The notes below the pieces were generated by a model. The model was not told the DNA's origin, ran no database searches, and worked only from the letters and a program-made list of their open reading frames with translations. From positions 315,200 through 379,199 of the forward strand of contig LBRL01000001.1 in the NCBI GenBank assembly GCA_000991405.1: 64,000 bases of DNA, read 5' to 3'. The position numbers were made by a program, and so were the translations under genes. Of this stretch, positions 1-10,529 are shown piece by piece; within the stretch, counting starts at the first letter, position 1, and every line of letters begins with the position of its first letter. The DNA is from Candidatus Nomurabacteria bacterium GW2011_GWD2_36_14. Its GTDB lineage: Bacteria; Patescibacteriota; Minisyncoccia; Phycocordibacterales; UBA9973.

Positions 1-232
1 TATCAGAATTTGCAATGTGCATTTTTTGCACATTGCTTTTCTCATTAATTTCTTTATCTTTTAAAAGATTATTGATATGTTTTGTGATTACAGATCTTTC
101 AACATTAAAAACTAGAGCAATTTGCGCCTGTGTAGCCCATATTGTATCACTCTTAACATCCCCACGAAGCTCTAATGCCCCATTTTTAGTTTGATATATA
201 ACTATTTTATTATTTTTATCTTCTTTTTTCAT
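1..232 (-). CDS. RhuM-like virulence/DNA-binding family protein, N-terminal part; the gene runs off the window start
   Basis: Reverse strand translates as MKKEDKNNKIVIYQTKNGALELRGDVKSDTIWATQAQIALVFNVERSVITKHINNLLKDKEINEKSNVQKMHIANSD, a motif typical of the RhuM family N-terminus. ATG is the complement of 230-232. Confidence 0.5.
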   Translation of the reverse strand, partial: MKKEDKNNKIVIYQTKNGALELRGDVKSDTIWATQAQIALVFNVERSVITKHINNLLKDKEINEKSNVQKMHIANSD

Positions 233-305
233 ATTTACATTTCAATTATACCATAGACACTTATTTAGCAACTTCCAGACATAAGTCCAACTTATGTCCA
301 AATAA

Positions 306-2030
306 CTAATACACCTCATTTTGGTAACATCGTTCACAGTATACTATCTCAGGACGTTCTGGGGCATAAGAAGTTTCAAATTCATTGGTACAGCCTTCTT
401 TCATACATTGTCTATGCCAGAGCTTCATAGGGTTTCGTTGAGCTAAGCGTTCATAATGTCTACAGTTAGGACAGAGACGAGGTAAGGGTAGGTTCATACG
501 TCTGTAGAAGGATAATTCTTCGGGGATAATCTTGAAGGCTTCAGTACATTGTTGATTACAAGTACCCTTATGGGAGCATTCTATGACTTTGTTTAAGATA
601 TCGTTGTCTTGTATGTCATTTATAGAGTCAGGGATGTCTTCTGTGTGGATATCTATAGTATAGTTACGTTCTTCTTTGTCTTTCCATTTGTATCCTTGTT
701 CTAGGGCTTGTTCTTTGGTTAGAGGATAGTATTCTTGAGCGATGGTTTCGTTGTAGGCAAAGGGAGAGAGTTCAGATGGGAAGAATTCACCGTATTTGTA
801 GACTCTACCTTTAGAGTCTATGTAGGGCTGGTCGGACATGTGCTGGATGATTTTGGGAACCAACTCTTCGTACTCTTCCTTGGTGTATTGGCGGTTGAGG
901 ATGCAGTATTGTTTGGAGCGGAGGGAGACGCAGGCGAAGAGATTTTTATTATTTTTAATGCAATAAACAGAATATAAAACATCTAATGAAAATCCAACAA
1001 GAACATCAAAAAATAAATTATGCCCACTGACAGAAGTACTCTCATACATCAATTCCCCTTCTGCTGCGCAAGATAAATCCATACTATCCTTTAAGTCACT
1101 ATCAATATCATTCACAAATTTACAATTTTGAGATTTAAAAATATTAAAGGATTGCTTACAATTATCACAATTCCATATATTATTACCGGTACAATTATTT
1201 GTTTGAATATTACTATTTTCTTTATTAATTGAATCTAACTTTAATTGTTTGAATAATTTAGAAACATTTTCTCTTGCCGAAAAACTTCCATTAATATATT
1301 CTTTTTTTATTTTTTCATATTCATCCTTTGTATATTGCTTATTTAGAATACAATATTTTTGATTTCTTAAATTCGAGCAAAGAATGCAGGAAAAACAACC
1401 TTTACAATTATATAAAAAGTGAGAATCTAAACAATCTTTGCATTTTTCAAGATTACTTGATGTACTTGATTCTTGACTATCAATACACTGATAACATAAA
1501 TCAAGTTTCTTAGAATAACTATTGTCTTGTGAATCTTTTGAAAAGTGACAAGCATTAGAATAAAACACATTCTCTCCATAACCTAAATCAAAACACATAT
1601 AGCTGTTCTTGCTATTCCAAGCGTAATTTATATATGGACAATTAAAATTATTGAGAGAATTTAAACTTTGGCGAGGAACTTTTTTTATCAAATCAAAAAG
1701 CTGATTAAAAAATGGTCTGGAAAAATCATAATCAACACCATAATCCATAGGATCCCAATTGTCACTCCACCAACAATCAACACAATATACAGGAAATGTA
1801 TTTTCAGTTGGATATACTGAAATAATACTCTTTTTACATAAATCACAATTGCTTTTATATAAAGATCTCTCGTTTCTCCAAATCATCCTCCTTATTTTTC
1901 TACATTCTGAACAAAAAGTTGGTGGAGGGACTTTGATTTTCTCGTAGAATAGAAAGTCATCGGGCTCGATAATGAAGTCTTCCTTACAATTCTGACACCC
2001 CAGTACTAAATTTTTATATTCTTTTTCCAT
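306..2030 (-). CDS. Hypothetical Cys-rich protein with internally duplicated zinc-ribbon-like modules
   Basis: 574-aa ORF. The module C-x2-C...F-I...FY...P-P..C-x2-CR...RN...C appears at both termini. The segment YCILN(K/R)QYTK(D/E)EYE is also repeated. I recognise no named family. Confidence 0.5.
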   Translation of the reverse strand: MEKEYKNLVLGCQNCKEDFIIEPDDFLFYEKIKVPPPTFCSECRKIRRMIWRNERSLYKSNCDLCKKSIISVYPTENTFPVYCVDCWWSDNWDPMDYGVDYDFSRPFFNQLFDLIKKVPRQSLNSLNNFNCPYINYAWNSKNSYMCFDLGYGENVFYSNACHFSKDSQDNSYSKKLDLCYQCIDSQESSTSSNLEKCKDCLDSHFLYNCKGCFSCILCSNLRNQKYCILNKQYTKDEYEKIKKEYINGSFSARENVSKLFKQLKLDSINKENSNIQTNNCTGNNIWNCDNCKQSFNIFKSQNCKFVNDIDSDLKDSMDLSCAAEGELMYESTSVSGHNLFFDVLVGFSLDVLYSVYCIKNNKNLFACVSLRSKQYCILNRQYTKEEYEELVPKIIQHMSDQPYIDSKGRVYKYGEFFPSELSPFAYNETIAQEYYPLTKEQALEQGYKWKDKEERNYTIDIHTEDIPDSINDIQDNDILNKVIECSHKGTCNQQCTEAFKIIPEELSFYRRMNLPLPRLCPNCRHYERLAQRNPMKLWHRQCMKEGCTNEFETSYAPERPEIVYCERCYQNEVY

Positions 2031-2153
2031 ATTTTCTATTCACTTCATTAGTATATTTATTTTATCTAAAATCTTATTTAATCGAAAAATTAGTACGGGG
2101 CAAGGTTCTTTATTTCTGATTCCATAGTATTATTATACCAATTCTAACCCCTA

Positions 2154-2906
2154 TTATCCATTTGGGTACATTTTAATTGCTAGTTTCTTACATTCTTCGA
2201 GAATTCCCTCTTCTTCTGGCAAGACAAGCGGAACTTCACGGTGAAATTCGGATACAGTGCCACTCACAAAATCTTTTAGTAGTTCTATTTGAACTTCGTG
2301 TTCTACAAGCAGGACTCGAGCTTGTAAGCTCTCGGCTGTATCGTCAGGTAATATTGGTATTTGTTTTCTTTTTAATACTACACCTTCGTCAAACTTTGCT
2401 GTTACTCGGTGTGCCGTCGCCTCAGTCCAGAAATCTCTCTCTACTTTTTGTACAAAGGAAAGTCTAGCTTGATGCACTCGCATACCATACATACCGACTC
2501 CTCCGAAGTCTAGGTGTCCGGCTTGCCCGCCTGAATTACTTGTATTTTGGCGGGTGTCGAGTGGCCCTGGATGCTGGTTGATAATCATTCCCTCAAATTC
2601 ATTGATTACATTCTCGGGAGTCATTACCATCCAGCCATATTGACCAATGAAGTCCACATTTCTCTTTCTGCATTCCTCTATAATTTTCTCTCCAAATTTT
2701 TCCCGAGTCTCAAAACTTTTCGGATTTATAACTAAAATATCCTCTTCTTTTATTCCAAGTCTGCTGGCCCTCTCTATGCCTCCCGCATTTTCCTTACTCG
2801 CTATGACTAAGGCGGGTATGACACTCGAAAGTACCCCACTATGGCAAGCTTTGATAATAGCTTCCATTGTAGTTCCTCCTCCTGAAATAAGTAATGCAAT
2901 CCTCAT
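2154..2906 (-). CDS. purN: Phosphoribosylglycinamide formyltransferase (PurN-like, with an insertion)
   Basis: N-terminal LISGGGT nucleotide-binding motif, then HPGPL...TAHRV..FDEG.V pattern of the formyl_trans_N family. It is the last gene of the pur cluster. Confidence 0.7.
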   Translation of the reverse strand: MRIALLISGGGTTMEAIIKACHSGVLSSVIPALVIASKENAGGIERASRLGIKEEDILVINPKSFETREKFGEKIIEECRKRNVDFIGQYGWMVMTPENVINEFEGMIINQHPGPLDTRQNTSNSGGQAGHLDFGGVGMYGMRVHQARLSFVQKVERDFWTEATAHRVTAKFDEGVVLKRKQIPILPDDTAESLQARVLLVEHEVQIELLKDFVSGTVSEFHREVPLVLPEEEGILEECKKLAIKMYPNG

Positions 2907-2916
2907 ATATAAAAAA

Positions 2917-4326
2917 TTAATTTTTAAACCTCAAGCTATCATACTTTATCTCTTTTTCATGCTCATATATAGGCAATGGATACTCTCCATTGAAAGCAGA
3001 TAGGCATAGTCGCCCCTTGGGTAATCCTGTAGCTTTTACCATGCCATCGATAGATAAGAAAGTAAGAGAAGTAGCTCCTATGAATTGTCTTGTCTCTTCG
3101 ATTGTCTTCTGTGATGAAATTAAATTTTCTTGACGAGGTGTATCTATACCGTAAAAGTCTGGGAATTTGACAGGAGCAGAAGCAACTAAAAAGTGAACCT
3201 CCTTAGCACCTGAATCAAAGAACATTTTAGCTATATCTCGAGAAGTATTACCGCGAACAATCGAATCATCTATGACTCCTACTCTTTTCCCTGTAACTAA
3301 ACTTCGAAGAACAGTGAGCTTCATTTTTATCTTCTGTTCGCGATTGGCTTGAGTCGGCTCAATAAATGTCCTATGAATATATCTATTCTTATTTAAAGCC
3401 ATTTCAAAAGGAACTCCAGATGCATGAGAATAACCAATAGCAGAAGGAATAGCTGTCTCAGGTACTGGAACGATGAGATCGAGTTTAAGTTTAGGATTTT
3501 CCTTAAATAACATTTTGCCGAAATTTTTACGGACTTCGTAGACAGATTGTCCAAGTATCTTGCAATCATGACGAGAAAAATAAACGAATTCAAAAATATC
3601 AAACTTAGGATCTGCTGTAGCTAATATTGTACTTTTCATACCACTTTTAGAAACAGTCACCAACTCACCAGGGAGAACTTCTCTTAAGAATTTAGCATTA
3701 ACCGTTCGAAGCCCACAGGTCTCTGAAGCGAAAACTGTCTCTTCCCCATTTGTTCCGACTACTAGAGGTCTTATTCCTCTAGGATCACGGAAGGCAACGA
3801 GTTCCTTGGTTGAAAGTGCTACACAAGAAAATGCTCCAGTAAAAAGTGGATACGCCTTCTCTACCGCTTTAGACAGTGACATTCCTTTATCCATATAAAA
3901 CCCAATAGCCTTCGCCATAAGTTCAGAATCTGAATGTCCCTTCGTCACTATTTTATTATTCTTAAGAAAATCTTCCAATGCTTTAGTATTAGGTAGATTG
4001 CCATTGTGAGCAAAAGCAAATTTATCGTTGTGAACAATCGGCTGAGCATGCTTTGTACTAGAACCACGAGAAGTAGAGTAACGGTTGTGTCCAATAGCTG
4101 CGAAACCTTCAAGACTTTTAATTATCTTCTCTGTATATACCTGACTTACAAGTCCTGATTTCTTGTATGAAAATATTTTCTTCCCATCGGTAGATGCTAT
4201 ACCTGTCTGCTCTTGACCCCTATGCTGCAACGCAAAGAGTCCAAAGTAAGCATAACGAGCAGCTTCTTTGCCATCCCAAATTCCAAAAACTGCACATTTT
4301 TCATTTATCCCATTAGAGATTTTCAT
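2917..4326 (-). CDS. purF: Amidophosphoribosyltransferase
   Basis: CAVFGIW...LQHRGQEQTGIA N-terminal nucleophile (Ntn) glutaminase motif plus a PRTase domain. Confidence 0.85.
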   Translation of the reverse strand: MKISNGINEKCAVFGIWDGKEAARYAYFGLFALQHRGQEQTGIASTDGKKIFSYKKSGLVSQVYTEKIIKSLEGFAAIGHNRYSTSRGSSTKHAQPIVHNDKFAFAHNGNLPNTKALEDFLKNNKIVTKGHSDSELMAKAIGFYMDKGMSLSKAVEKAYPLFTGAFSCVALSTKELVAFRDPRGIRPLVVGTNGEETVFASETCGLRTVNAKFLREVLPGELVTVSKSGMKSTILATADPKFDIFEFVYFSRHDCKILGQSVYEVRKNFGKMLFKENPKLKLDLIVPVPETAIPSAIGYSHASGVPFEMALNKNRYIHRTFIEPTQANREQKIKMKLTVLRSLVTGKRVGVIDDSIVRGNTSRDIAKMFFDSGAKEVHFLVASAPVKFPDFYGIDTPRQENLISSQKTIEETRQFIGATSLTFLSIDGMVKATGLPKGRLCLSAFNGEYPLPIYEHEKEIKYDSLRFKN

Positions 4327-4402
4327 AAATATTTTTTTGTAATTTAATAATGTTATAATTCATATATAGTGTTATCTCTAACGGGATTCAATTTTCATTT
4401 CT

Positions 4403-5176
4403 TTATTTATTAAAATAATTTATTGCATTCTTAAATAAAATAAGTCCTGCACCTTCATCTGTTTTTCTTTTTTTATTTTTCTTTGTTTGCCAAAGTGGTG
4501 TTTGATGGAAGAATTGCGCACGTTCAGGATGAGGCATCATACCTAAGACTCGCCCCTGATATCCTAATATCCCTGCAATATCATGCATTGCTCCATTTGG
4601 ATTGGCTTCTAAACTTTGGAATTTGCAAATCTCCCCACTCGTATAAGTGAAAGCTATCTGCTTATTCTTTACCATTTCTTTGTATTCTTTAGAACTTATC
4701 AGGTATCTTCCCTCTCCATGAGCAATCGACAAAGAAATATCCTTTATACCAGTGAGCCAAGGACTCTTCCCTATAGATTTCAAATCTACCCAGCGGTCAA
4801 TATACTGTCCATTCTTGTTGTGAGTGAGAGCTCCCGGCAAAACACCCAGGGAAGTTAATATCTGAAATCCATTACAAATACCAATTGCTAAAGTATCCTG
4901 AGACAAGAATTCTTCTAACTCTTTCGATAAATGATTCTTAAATTTATTGGCATAAGCCTTACCACTACCTGTATCATCTCCATAAGAGAACCCTCCAGGG
5001 AAAACAAGTATCTGGTACTTAGAGAGCATTTTGGGTTCTGTAATCAAATCATTGATATGCACTATGTCAGCCTTGCCTCCGACAGATTCAAATGCAAACT
5101 TTGTTTCCTCTTCGCAGTTGAGTCCGTATCCAGACATTATTAAAATCTTTGGTTTTTTTATAGTATTTTTTTTCAT
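4403..5176 (-). CDS. purQ: Phosphoribosylformylglycinamidine synthase, glutaminase subunit
   Basis: GICNGFQIL catalytic Cys motif and the HPER motif. The gene overlaps purL by 4 nt. Confidence 0.85.
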   Translation of the reverse strand: MKKNTIKKPKILIMSGYGLNCEEETKFAFESVGGKADIVHINDLITEPKMLSKYQILVFPGGFSYGDDTGSGKAYANKFKNHLSKELEEFLSQDTLAIGICNGFQILTSLGVLPGALTHNKNGQYIDRWVDLKSIGKSPWLTGIKDISLSIAHGEGRYLISSKEYKEMVKNKQIAFTYTSGEICKFQSLEANPNGAMHDIAGILGYQGRVLGMMPHPERAQFFHQTPLWQTKKNKKRKTDEGAGLILFKNAINYFNK

Positions 5177-8100
5177 CTCATTTTATTTGAAAACTCATGA
5201 TAAATTGTAAACAACTTTTTAAGGTTTGTATCGATTACTTTTTTATTGTTCTTATCAAGAATAATAAATTTATCATTCTTTAGTACAGTTCCAAGCTTGG
5301 CATATGCAATTCCTTTCACTGCCTTTTCAAATTTAGATATATCTTCCTTTGAAACTGTTACAAGAATTCTACCCTGACTTTCAGAGAAGAGAGCTTCGTC
5401 AACTCCAGAGTAATTGCCTGGAAGATTTTTTAAAGAAATATTTACTCCAAGCATTCCACCAATAGATGCTTTAGCTAAAACAATAGCCAAACCACCAGAA
5501 GTCAAAGAAGTTGCAGAGCGAATCAACTCTTTCGTAATTGCTTTTTCTAGTGCTTGGTAAATTTTCGTATTCTTTTTGAAATCAACTTTCGGCACGTCGT
5601 TACCTATAGCATTTTCATCTCCATTTTTCTTTGAGATCATTTTGTAATATTCGCTTCCCCCCAATTCGTTGAAAGTCTCTCCTAATATATAGATACTGTC
5701 TCCAGCATTTTTAAATGAAGGCGAGACTGTTTTATAAATATCAGGCATAACTCCAATCGCAGAAATAAGAAGTGTGGGAGGTATAGAAATCGCCACAGGA
5801 TTACCAAATTCATCATAACCCTTAAAATCATTAAACATACTATCCTTACCTGAAATAAATGGAGTACCATATCCGACTGCATAATCATAGCAAGCCTTGA
5901 GTGCTTCTATAAGCTCATAGAGTTTATTCTGGTCATAAGAAGAACACCAGCAGAAATTATCCAAGATTGCTAAACCAGAAAGTGAAGCCCCTGCACAAAT
6001 AGCATTACGAATGGCTGTATCTATAGAACAAGCAGCCATATGATAAGTATTAATAAAAGAATAAGTAGGATAAAGCCCGCTTGAAACTACTACTCCCTTC
6101 GAAGAAGAAAGTACAGGTCTGAATACTTGCGCTTCTGTATTTATTCGTCCCCTACCATCTAACGGCTTTAATACAGAAGAAGCTTGAACCTCATGATCAT
6201 ACTGATCTGCGATAAAAGAAAATCCAGCAATATTTTTATCTTTAAGTAATTCTTCGAAAACTTTTGTCCTATTCTCTCCTTTTGGAATTTTCGGAGTACT
6301 ATTATTGTGAACTATAGGAGAACTCTCTAAATGTTTCTTAGGAAGTCCGTCATGCAAAAATTCTAATGAAATATTCATGATTTCTTTTCCATTATAATTC
6401 ACAATACACTTTCCTGAATTGGTGAAAGTACCCACAACTGAAGCTTCTACTCCACGACTATCCATTAATTTATTGAAAGTACTCCATTTCTCTTTTGGTA
6501 CAGATAGAGTCATGCGTTCTTGTGATTCTGAAATCCAAATTTGCCAAGGTTGAAGCCCTGGATACTTCAATGACACTTTCTCTAAATCAACAACAACTCC
6601 TCCACATTCCTTGGCCATCTCTGCGATAGAGCAAGATATTCCTCCTGCACCATTATCCGTAATGCTCGTATATAAATCCATACTACGTGCTTCTTTGACT
6701 ATCGCATCACTTAATTTCTTCTGAGTTATAGGGTCACCTATCTGGACTGCAGTCGCAGGACTTGTAGAATCCATCGCGACAGAAGAAAATGTTGCACCGT
6801 GGATTCCATCGGCTCCCACTCTTCCACCGACTACCACAACAAGGTCACCATTCTGAGCTTCTTTCTCGTGGGAAAGTTTACCATTTATCTTCCTAGGAAT
6901 AATTCCAACTGTCCCTACGAAAACTAAAGGCTTACCTCTAAAACTATCATCGTATTTTACAAATCCAGAAACTGTTGGAATACCAGAACAATTTCCCCCG
7001 ACGTTTACCCCCTTTATGACTCCATCCATTATTCTCTTTGGAGGAAGCATCTTCTGAGTTAAATTCTTGTCTTTATATAATGCTCTCGTATCATACGGAT
7101 TCCCAAAGCAAAATCCATACATATTTGCAACTGGCTTTGCTCCAAGCCCAAATCCAATAGTATCTCTATTGACTCCAACTATCCCTGTAATTGCCCCACC
7201 AAATGGATCTAGGGCCGAAGGACTGTTGTGCGTCTCAACTTTATGTGTAACTAAATAATCTTTATCAAAAACAATTCCACCCGAGTTATCTGAGAAAACT
7301 GAAATACAAAAATCGTCTTTTCCTTTTTGGGCTCTTATTTTATTTGTAGCTCCTTTAATATAAGTTTTATACAAGCCGTCATTAATATCATCAATAGGAT
7401 TGGCGAAAATCGTATGCTTGCAATGTTCAGACCAAGTCTGGGCCAAAGATTCCAGCTCTATGTCTTTGGGATTTCTGCCAAGAGTTTTAAAATAGTCCTT
7501 TATAACTTTCATGGATTCTAGATCCAAAGCAAGTGGACCTCTACGTACACCATCATTCCCCAAAATTCCTTCTTTGCCTATTTTAATAAGCTCTTCATCT
7601 GCAAGTGAAAGAGGAACTTCTATAAAATCTTTCTGTTTAGTTAGGACAACTTTTGGAATCTTTAATGGTAGATTGTTCTCTTTCTTAATTTCTCCGATAT
7701 CATATATATAACCTTTCTCAATCAGTGGATTGTGAAGTGAAAGGGAAACTTTCTTGGCATCTTCACTACTAATTGACCCAGAAATTAAAAAAGCTTTTGA
7801 AGTGAAGACCTCTAAGCTTGTATCATTTTTTATATGCAATAAATCGACAATAGTTTCCTTGGCTGTGTGGGCAACGTTGTCCGTAACTCCAGGCAAAAAA
7901 CCAATTTCTATTATTTGAGAGAAGTTTTTCTCTTTTACCCCCAAGTCCAAAGATGTTGGTAATTCGTTGATTAGAAACTTTTCAAAATTCTGATTCGTAA
8001 GCGATTCCGCTACTTTTGTAAGTTCACCGCTCGATAGTTCTCCATTGATAATGTAGGTGTCAAGAATCGACAAGTGTGTGATTCTACCCTTTAATCCTAA

Positions 8101-8196
8101 ACCTTGCCACGATTTTAAAAATAGCCTAGTTCGGCTATCTTCTCCTTTGGGCAAAACATACAATCGTGAAATCATGTAAGTATTATATAATACCAA
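5173..8196 (-). CDS. purL: Phosphoribosylformylglycinamidine synthase II (PurL) with a ~230-aa N-terminal extension, possibly a PurS-PurL fusion
   Basis: WSEHCKHTIF... core with AIR-synthase-related domains. The N-terminal ~80 aa (LSILDTYIINGELS...VAESL) resemble PurS. Confidence 0.8.
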   Translation of the reverse strand: MVLYNTYMISRLYVLPKGEDSRTRLFLKSWQGLGLKGRITHLSILDTYIINGELSSGELTKVAESLTNQNFEKFLINELPTSLDLGVKEKNFSQIIEIGFLPGVTDNVAHTAKETIVDLLHIKNDTSLEVFTSKAFLISGSISSEDAKKVSLSLHNPLIEKGYIYDIGEIKKENNLPLKIPKVVLTKQKDFIEVPLSLADEELIKIGKEGILGNDGVRRGPLALDLESMKVIKDYFKTLGRNPKDIELESLAQTWSEHCKHTIFANPIDDINDGLYKTYIKGATNKIRAQKGKDDFCISVFSDNSGGIVFDKDYLVTHKVETHNSPSALDPFGGAITGIVGVNRDTIGFGLGAKPVANMYGFCFGNPYDTRALYKDKNLTQKMLPPKRIMDGVIKGVNVGGNCSGIPTVSGFVKYDDSFRGKPLVFVGTVGIIPRKINGKLSHEKEAQNGDLVVVVGGRVGADGIHGATFSSVAMDSTSPATAVQIGDPITQKKLSDAIVKEARSMDLYTSITDNGAGGISCSIAEMAKECGGVVVDLEKVSLKYPGLQPWQIWISESQERMTLSVPKEKWSTFNKLMDSRGVEASVVGTFTNSGKCIVNYNGKEIMNISLEFLHDGLPKKHLESSPIVHNNSTPKIPKGENRTKVFEELLKDKNIAGFSFIADQYDHEVQASSVLKPLDGRGRINTEAQVFRPVLSSSKGVVVSSGLYPTYSFINTYHMAACSIDTAIRNAICAGASLSGLAILDNFCWCSSYDQNKLYELIEALKACYDYAVGYGTPFISGKDSMFNDFKGYDEFGNPVAISIPPTLLISAIGVMPDIYKTVSPSFKNAGDSIYILGETFNELGGSEYYKMISKKNGDENAIGNDVPKVDFKKNTKIYQALEKAITKELIRSATSLTSGGLAIVLAKASIGGMLGVNISLKNLPGNYSGVDEALFSESQGRILVTVSKEDISKFEKAVKGIAYAKLGTVLKNDKFIILDKNNKKVIDTNLKKLFTIYHEFSNKMR

Positions 8197-8259
8197 AAAT
8201 ATAAAAACAAATACCCCAATTTCCTAGCCTACCTTACCAATTTTTGTTACAATATACAC

Positions 8260-9276
8260 ATGGAAACATCTAAAACTGAGAAATACTTTTTATTTGGCCT
8301 TTTGGCCATAGTGCTTGTATTAACATTAGCGATACTTTATCCCTTCTTGGCTATCTTCATCTTGGCTGCTGCTTTTGCTGTGGTTATTAATCCTGTATAT
8401 TTATGGATTAAAAAAAACATCACAAAGAATAAATCAGGGTTTTCTTCTTTTATAACCATGCTCCTTTTCTTGTTTGTTTTATGTGTACCAATATTCTTCA
8501 TAGGAAATGTAATCTTCAAGCAAGCACAAAGTGCCTACCAGTTCATAACTTTAAATGGAGATACTAGTGTCTTTATTCAAAAAGTAGATACCTCTATCAA
8601 CAACTTAATGCCCGATGGATTTACTTTCAATACACATGAAAAAGTTGTAAGTCTTACTTCTTTCCTTTCAAGTAATATTGGGAACTTCTTTACTGCAACT
8701 TTCAATACTATCCTAATGGCGCTACTTACAATCTTTACAATGTTCTACTTACTCAAAGATGGAGAAACATGGAGAGCAGGCTTGGTAAAGATTCTGCCTT
8801 TATCAGAAAAAAATATTAACGAAGTACTTTCTAGTTTGAAAGATTCTGTAAATAGAATCATCAAGGGTTCCTTCTTCATCGCTATCGTTCAAGGTATTCT
8901 ATCTTGGGTTGGACTTTGGATTTTCGGAGTTCCTAATCCTGCATTATGGGGAGTCGTCGCAGGGCTTGCCTCTTTTGTCCCTACACTTGGAACCTCTATT
9001 GTCTTTGTTCCCTCCATATTGTTTTTACTATTTACTGGCATGCAGATACAAGCCTTGGGATTACTTTTATGGGCAATGGTACTCGTAGGAACCGTAGACA
9101 ACATCCTCTCTCCTTATATTATATCGAAAAATACAGAAGTGCCTTCTATCTTCATATTATTCTCAATATTGGGTGGTATCTCTCTAATGGGACCTATAGG
9201 TATCCTTATAGGACCACTTGTTTTAAGCTTACTTTACAGTCTTGTTGCTATTTATAGAAAAGAAGTAATCCGATAA
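8260..9276 (+). CDS. AI-2E family (UPF0118/PerM-like) membrane transporter
   Basis: Eight predicted TM segments and the conserved VP.L....AG..SFVP.LG C-terminal block. Confidence 0.7.
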   Translation: METSKTEKYFLFGLLAIVLVLTLAILYPFLAIFILAAAFAVVINPVYLWIKKNITKNKSGFSSFITMLLFLFVLCVPIFFIGNVIFKQAQSAYQFITLNGDTSVFIQKVDTSINNLMPDGFTFNTHEKVVSLTSFLSSNIGNFFTATFNTILMALLTIFTMFYLLKDGETWRAGLVKILPLSEKNINEVLSSLKDSVNRIIKGSFFIAIVQGILSWVGLWIFGVPNPALWGVVAGLASFVPTLGTSIVFVPSILFLLFTGMQIQALGLLLWAMVLVGTVDNILSPYIISKNTEVPSIFILFSILGGISLMGPIGILIGPLVLSLLYSLVAIYRKEVIR

Positions 9277-9281
9277 GGTTG

Positions 9282-10529
9282 TTATGCTGACATGCCAGCT
9301 ATATACCCTGTCGTCCAACAAATCTGAAGACTATAACCTCCTGAATTTCTACTAATATTAAGTAGATCTCCTGTAATATATAAATTAGGAATTAGTTTTG
9401 AAGACATTGTTTTCATGTTTACTTCTTTAAGTGATACTCCTCCATCTGCTACTACAGATCTCTCATAGCCCATAAGATTTGTAACTTCTATAGGAAGATT
9501 CTTTAGAAGTTTTACAAACTTTTTTCTAGATTCTTTACTTATACTATGTACCTTTATACCAAAATCTAAATCTGTATCGATAAGTTCTATAGCTTTAGTC
9601 ATGCCTTCTGGTACAATTTCTTTCAGAATAGTTCGCCACATTTTATTTTTATTTGCATCGAAAGTTTTAATAACAAATTCTTCTAATTTTCCTTCATTAG
9701 TATCAGGAAAAACATCTATATAAGCTCTCACTAAGCCAGACTGAAGTAAGTCAGAAACTTTACGAGAGCTATTCAAAATAAGCGGACCGGAGAGACCAAA
9801 ATGGGTGAAGAGAATTTTGCCTATTTTTGAAAATTGCTTTTTCCCTTCTAGAAAGAAAGTAATCTTCATAAAAGAAAGAGTTACCCCTGCTAAACTTTTA
9901 ACCCAGGCATCCCTTACTGCGATAGGAACTATGTTGGGGCTTGGAGTTTTCACTTCATGTCCCAAGTCTTTAAGCCAATTAAATCCGTCACCAGTAGCGC
10001 CAGTCTCTGGATGTGAAAGACCACCAGTCGCAAGAATAAAAGATTTCGCAAAATATAATCCATCATTTGTTTCTACAGAATCTACGAGATTATTCTTTAT
10101 ATTTATTTTTATAACTCGGCAATTATTTTTTATTACGACGTGATTTTTGTCTAAATCTTTTTTCAAAAGATTAAAAACGTCCAAAGCCTTCTCTGTAATA
10201 GGAAAGACCCTATTACGAGCTTGAACAACCAAAGGAAGACCTCTTGATTCAAAATATTGAAATGTATCCTTCACTCCAAAAATAGAAAAAGGTGAATAGA
10301 GGAATGGGGCACCTTCACCATAAACTTTTAGCATTTTGTGAATATCGGGTTCAGCATTTGTAATATTGCAACGTCCGCCACCTGTGATTTTAAACTTTTC
10401 TCCCAGGCTTTTGTTCTTATCTAAGATTAGGACAGACTTGGAGCGTGCCCCTGCTACAGCTCCAGCCATCATACCAGAAGCTCCTCCACCAATAACTATA
10501 ATATCCCAAATTTTACTATTATTTTTCAT
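9282..10529 (-). CDS. NAD(P)/FAD-dependent oxidoreductase, HI0933/YhiN (BaiN-like) family
   Basis: DIIVIGGGASGMMAG Rossmann motif followed by ITGGGRCNITN. Confidence 0.7.
   Translation of the reverse strand: MKNNSKIWDIIVIGGGASGMMAGAVAGARSKSVLILDKNKSLGEKFKITGGGRCNITNAEPDIHKMLKVYGEGAPFLYSPFSIFGVKDTFQYFESRGLPLVVQARNRVFPITEKALDVFNLLKKDLDKNHVVIKNNCRVIKINIKNNLVDSVETNDGLYFAKSFILATGGLSHPETGATGDGFNWLKDLGHEVKTPSPNIVPIAVRDAWVKSLAGVTLSFMKITFFLEGKKQFSKIGKILFTHFGLSGPLILNSSRKVSDLLQSGLVRAYIDVFPDTNEGKLEEFVIKTFDANKNKMWRTILKEIVPEGMTKAIELIDTDLDFGIKVHSISKESRKKFVKLLKNLPIEVTNLMGYERSVVADGGVSLKEVNMKTMSSKLIPNLYITGDLLNISRNSGGYSLQICWTTGYIAGMSA

Noticed and set aside
735-977. 80-aa plus-strand ORF inside the Cys-rich gene, and the many other 60-140-aa ORFs antisense to large genes (e.g. 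2177-2467, 24825-25241, 25713-26255, 36519-37361, 45540-49727 series)
   Set aside because: They lie fully inside well-supported genes on the opposite strand. They have low-complexity or atypical composition, no motifs, and no independent start or terminator context. They are treated as frame shadows.
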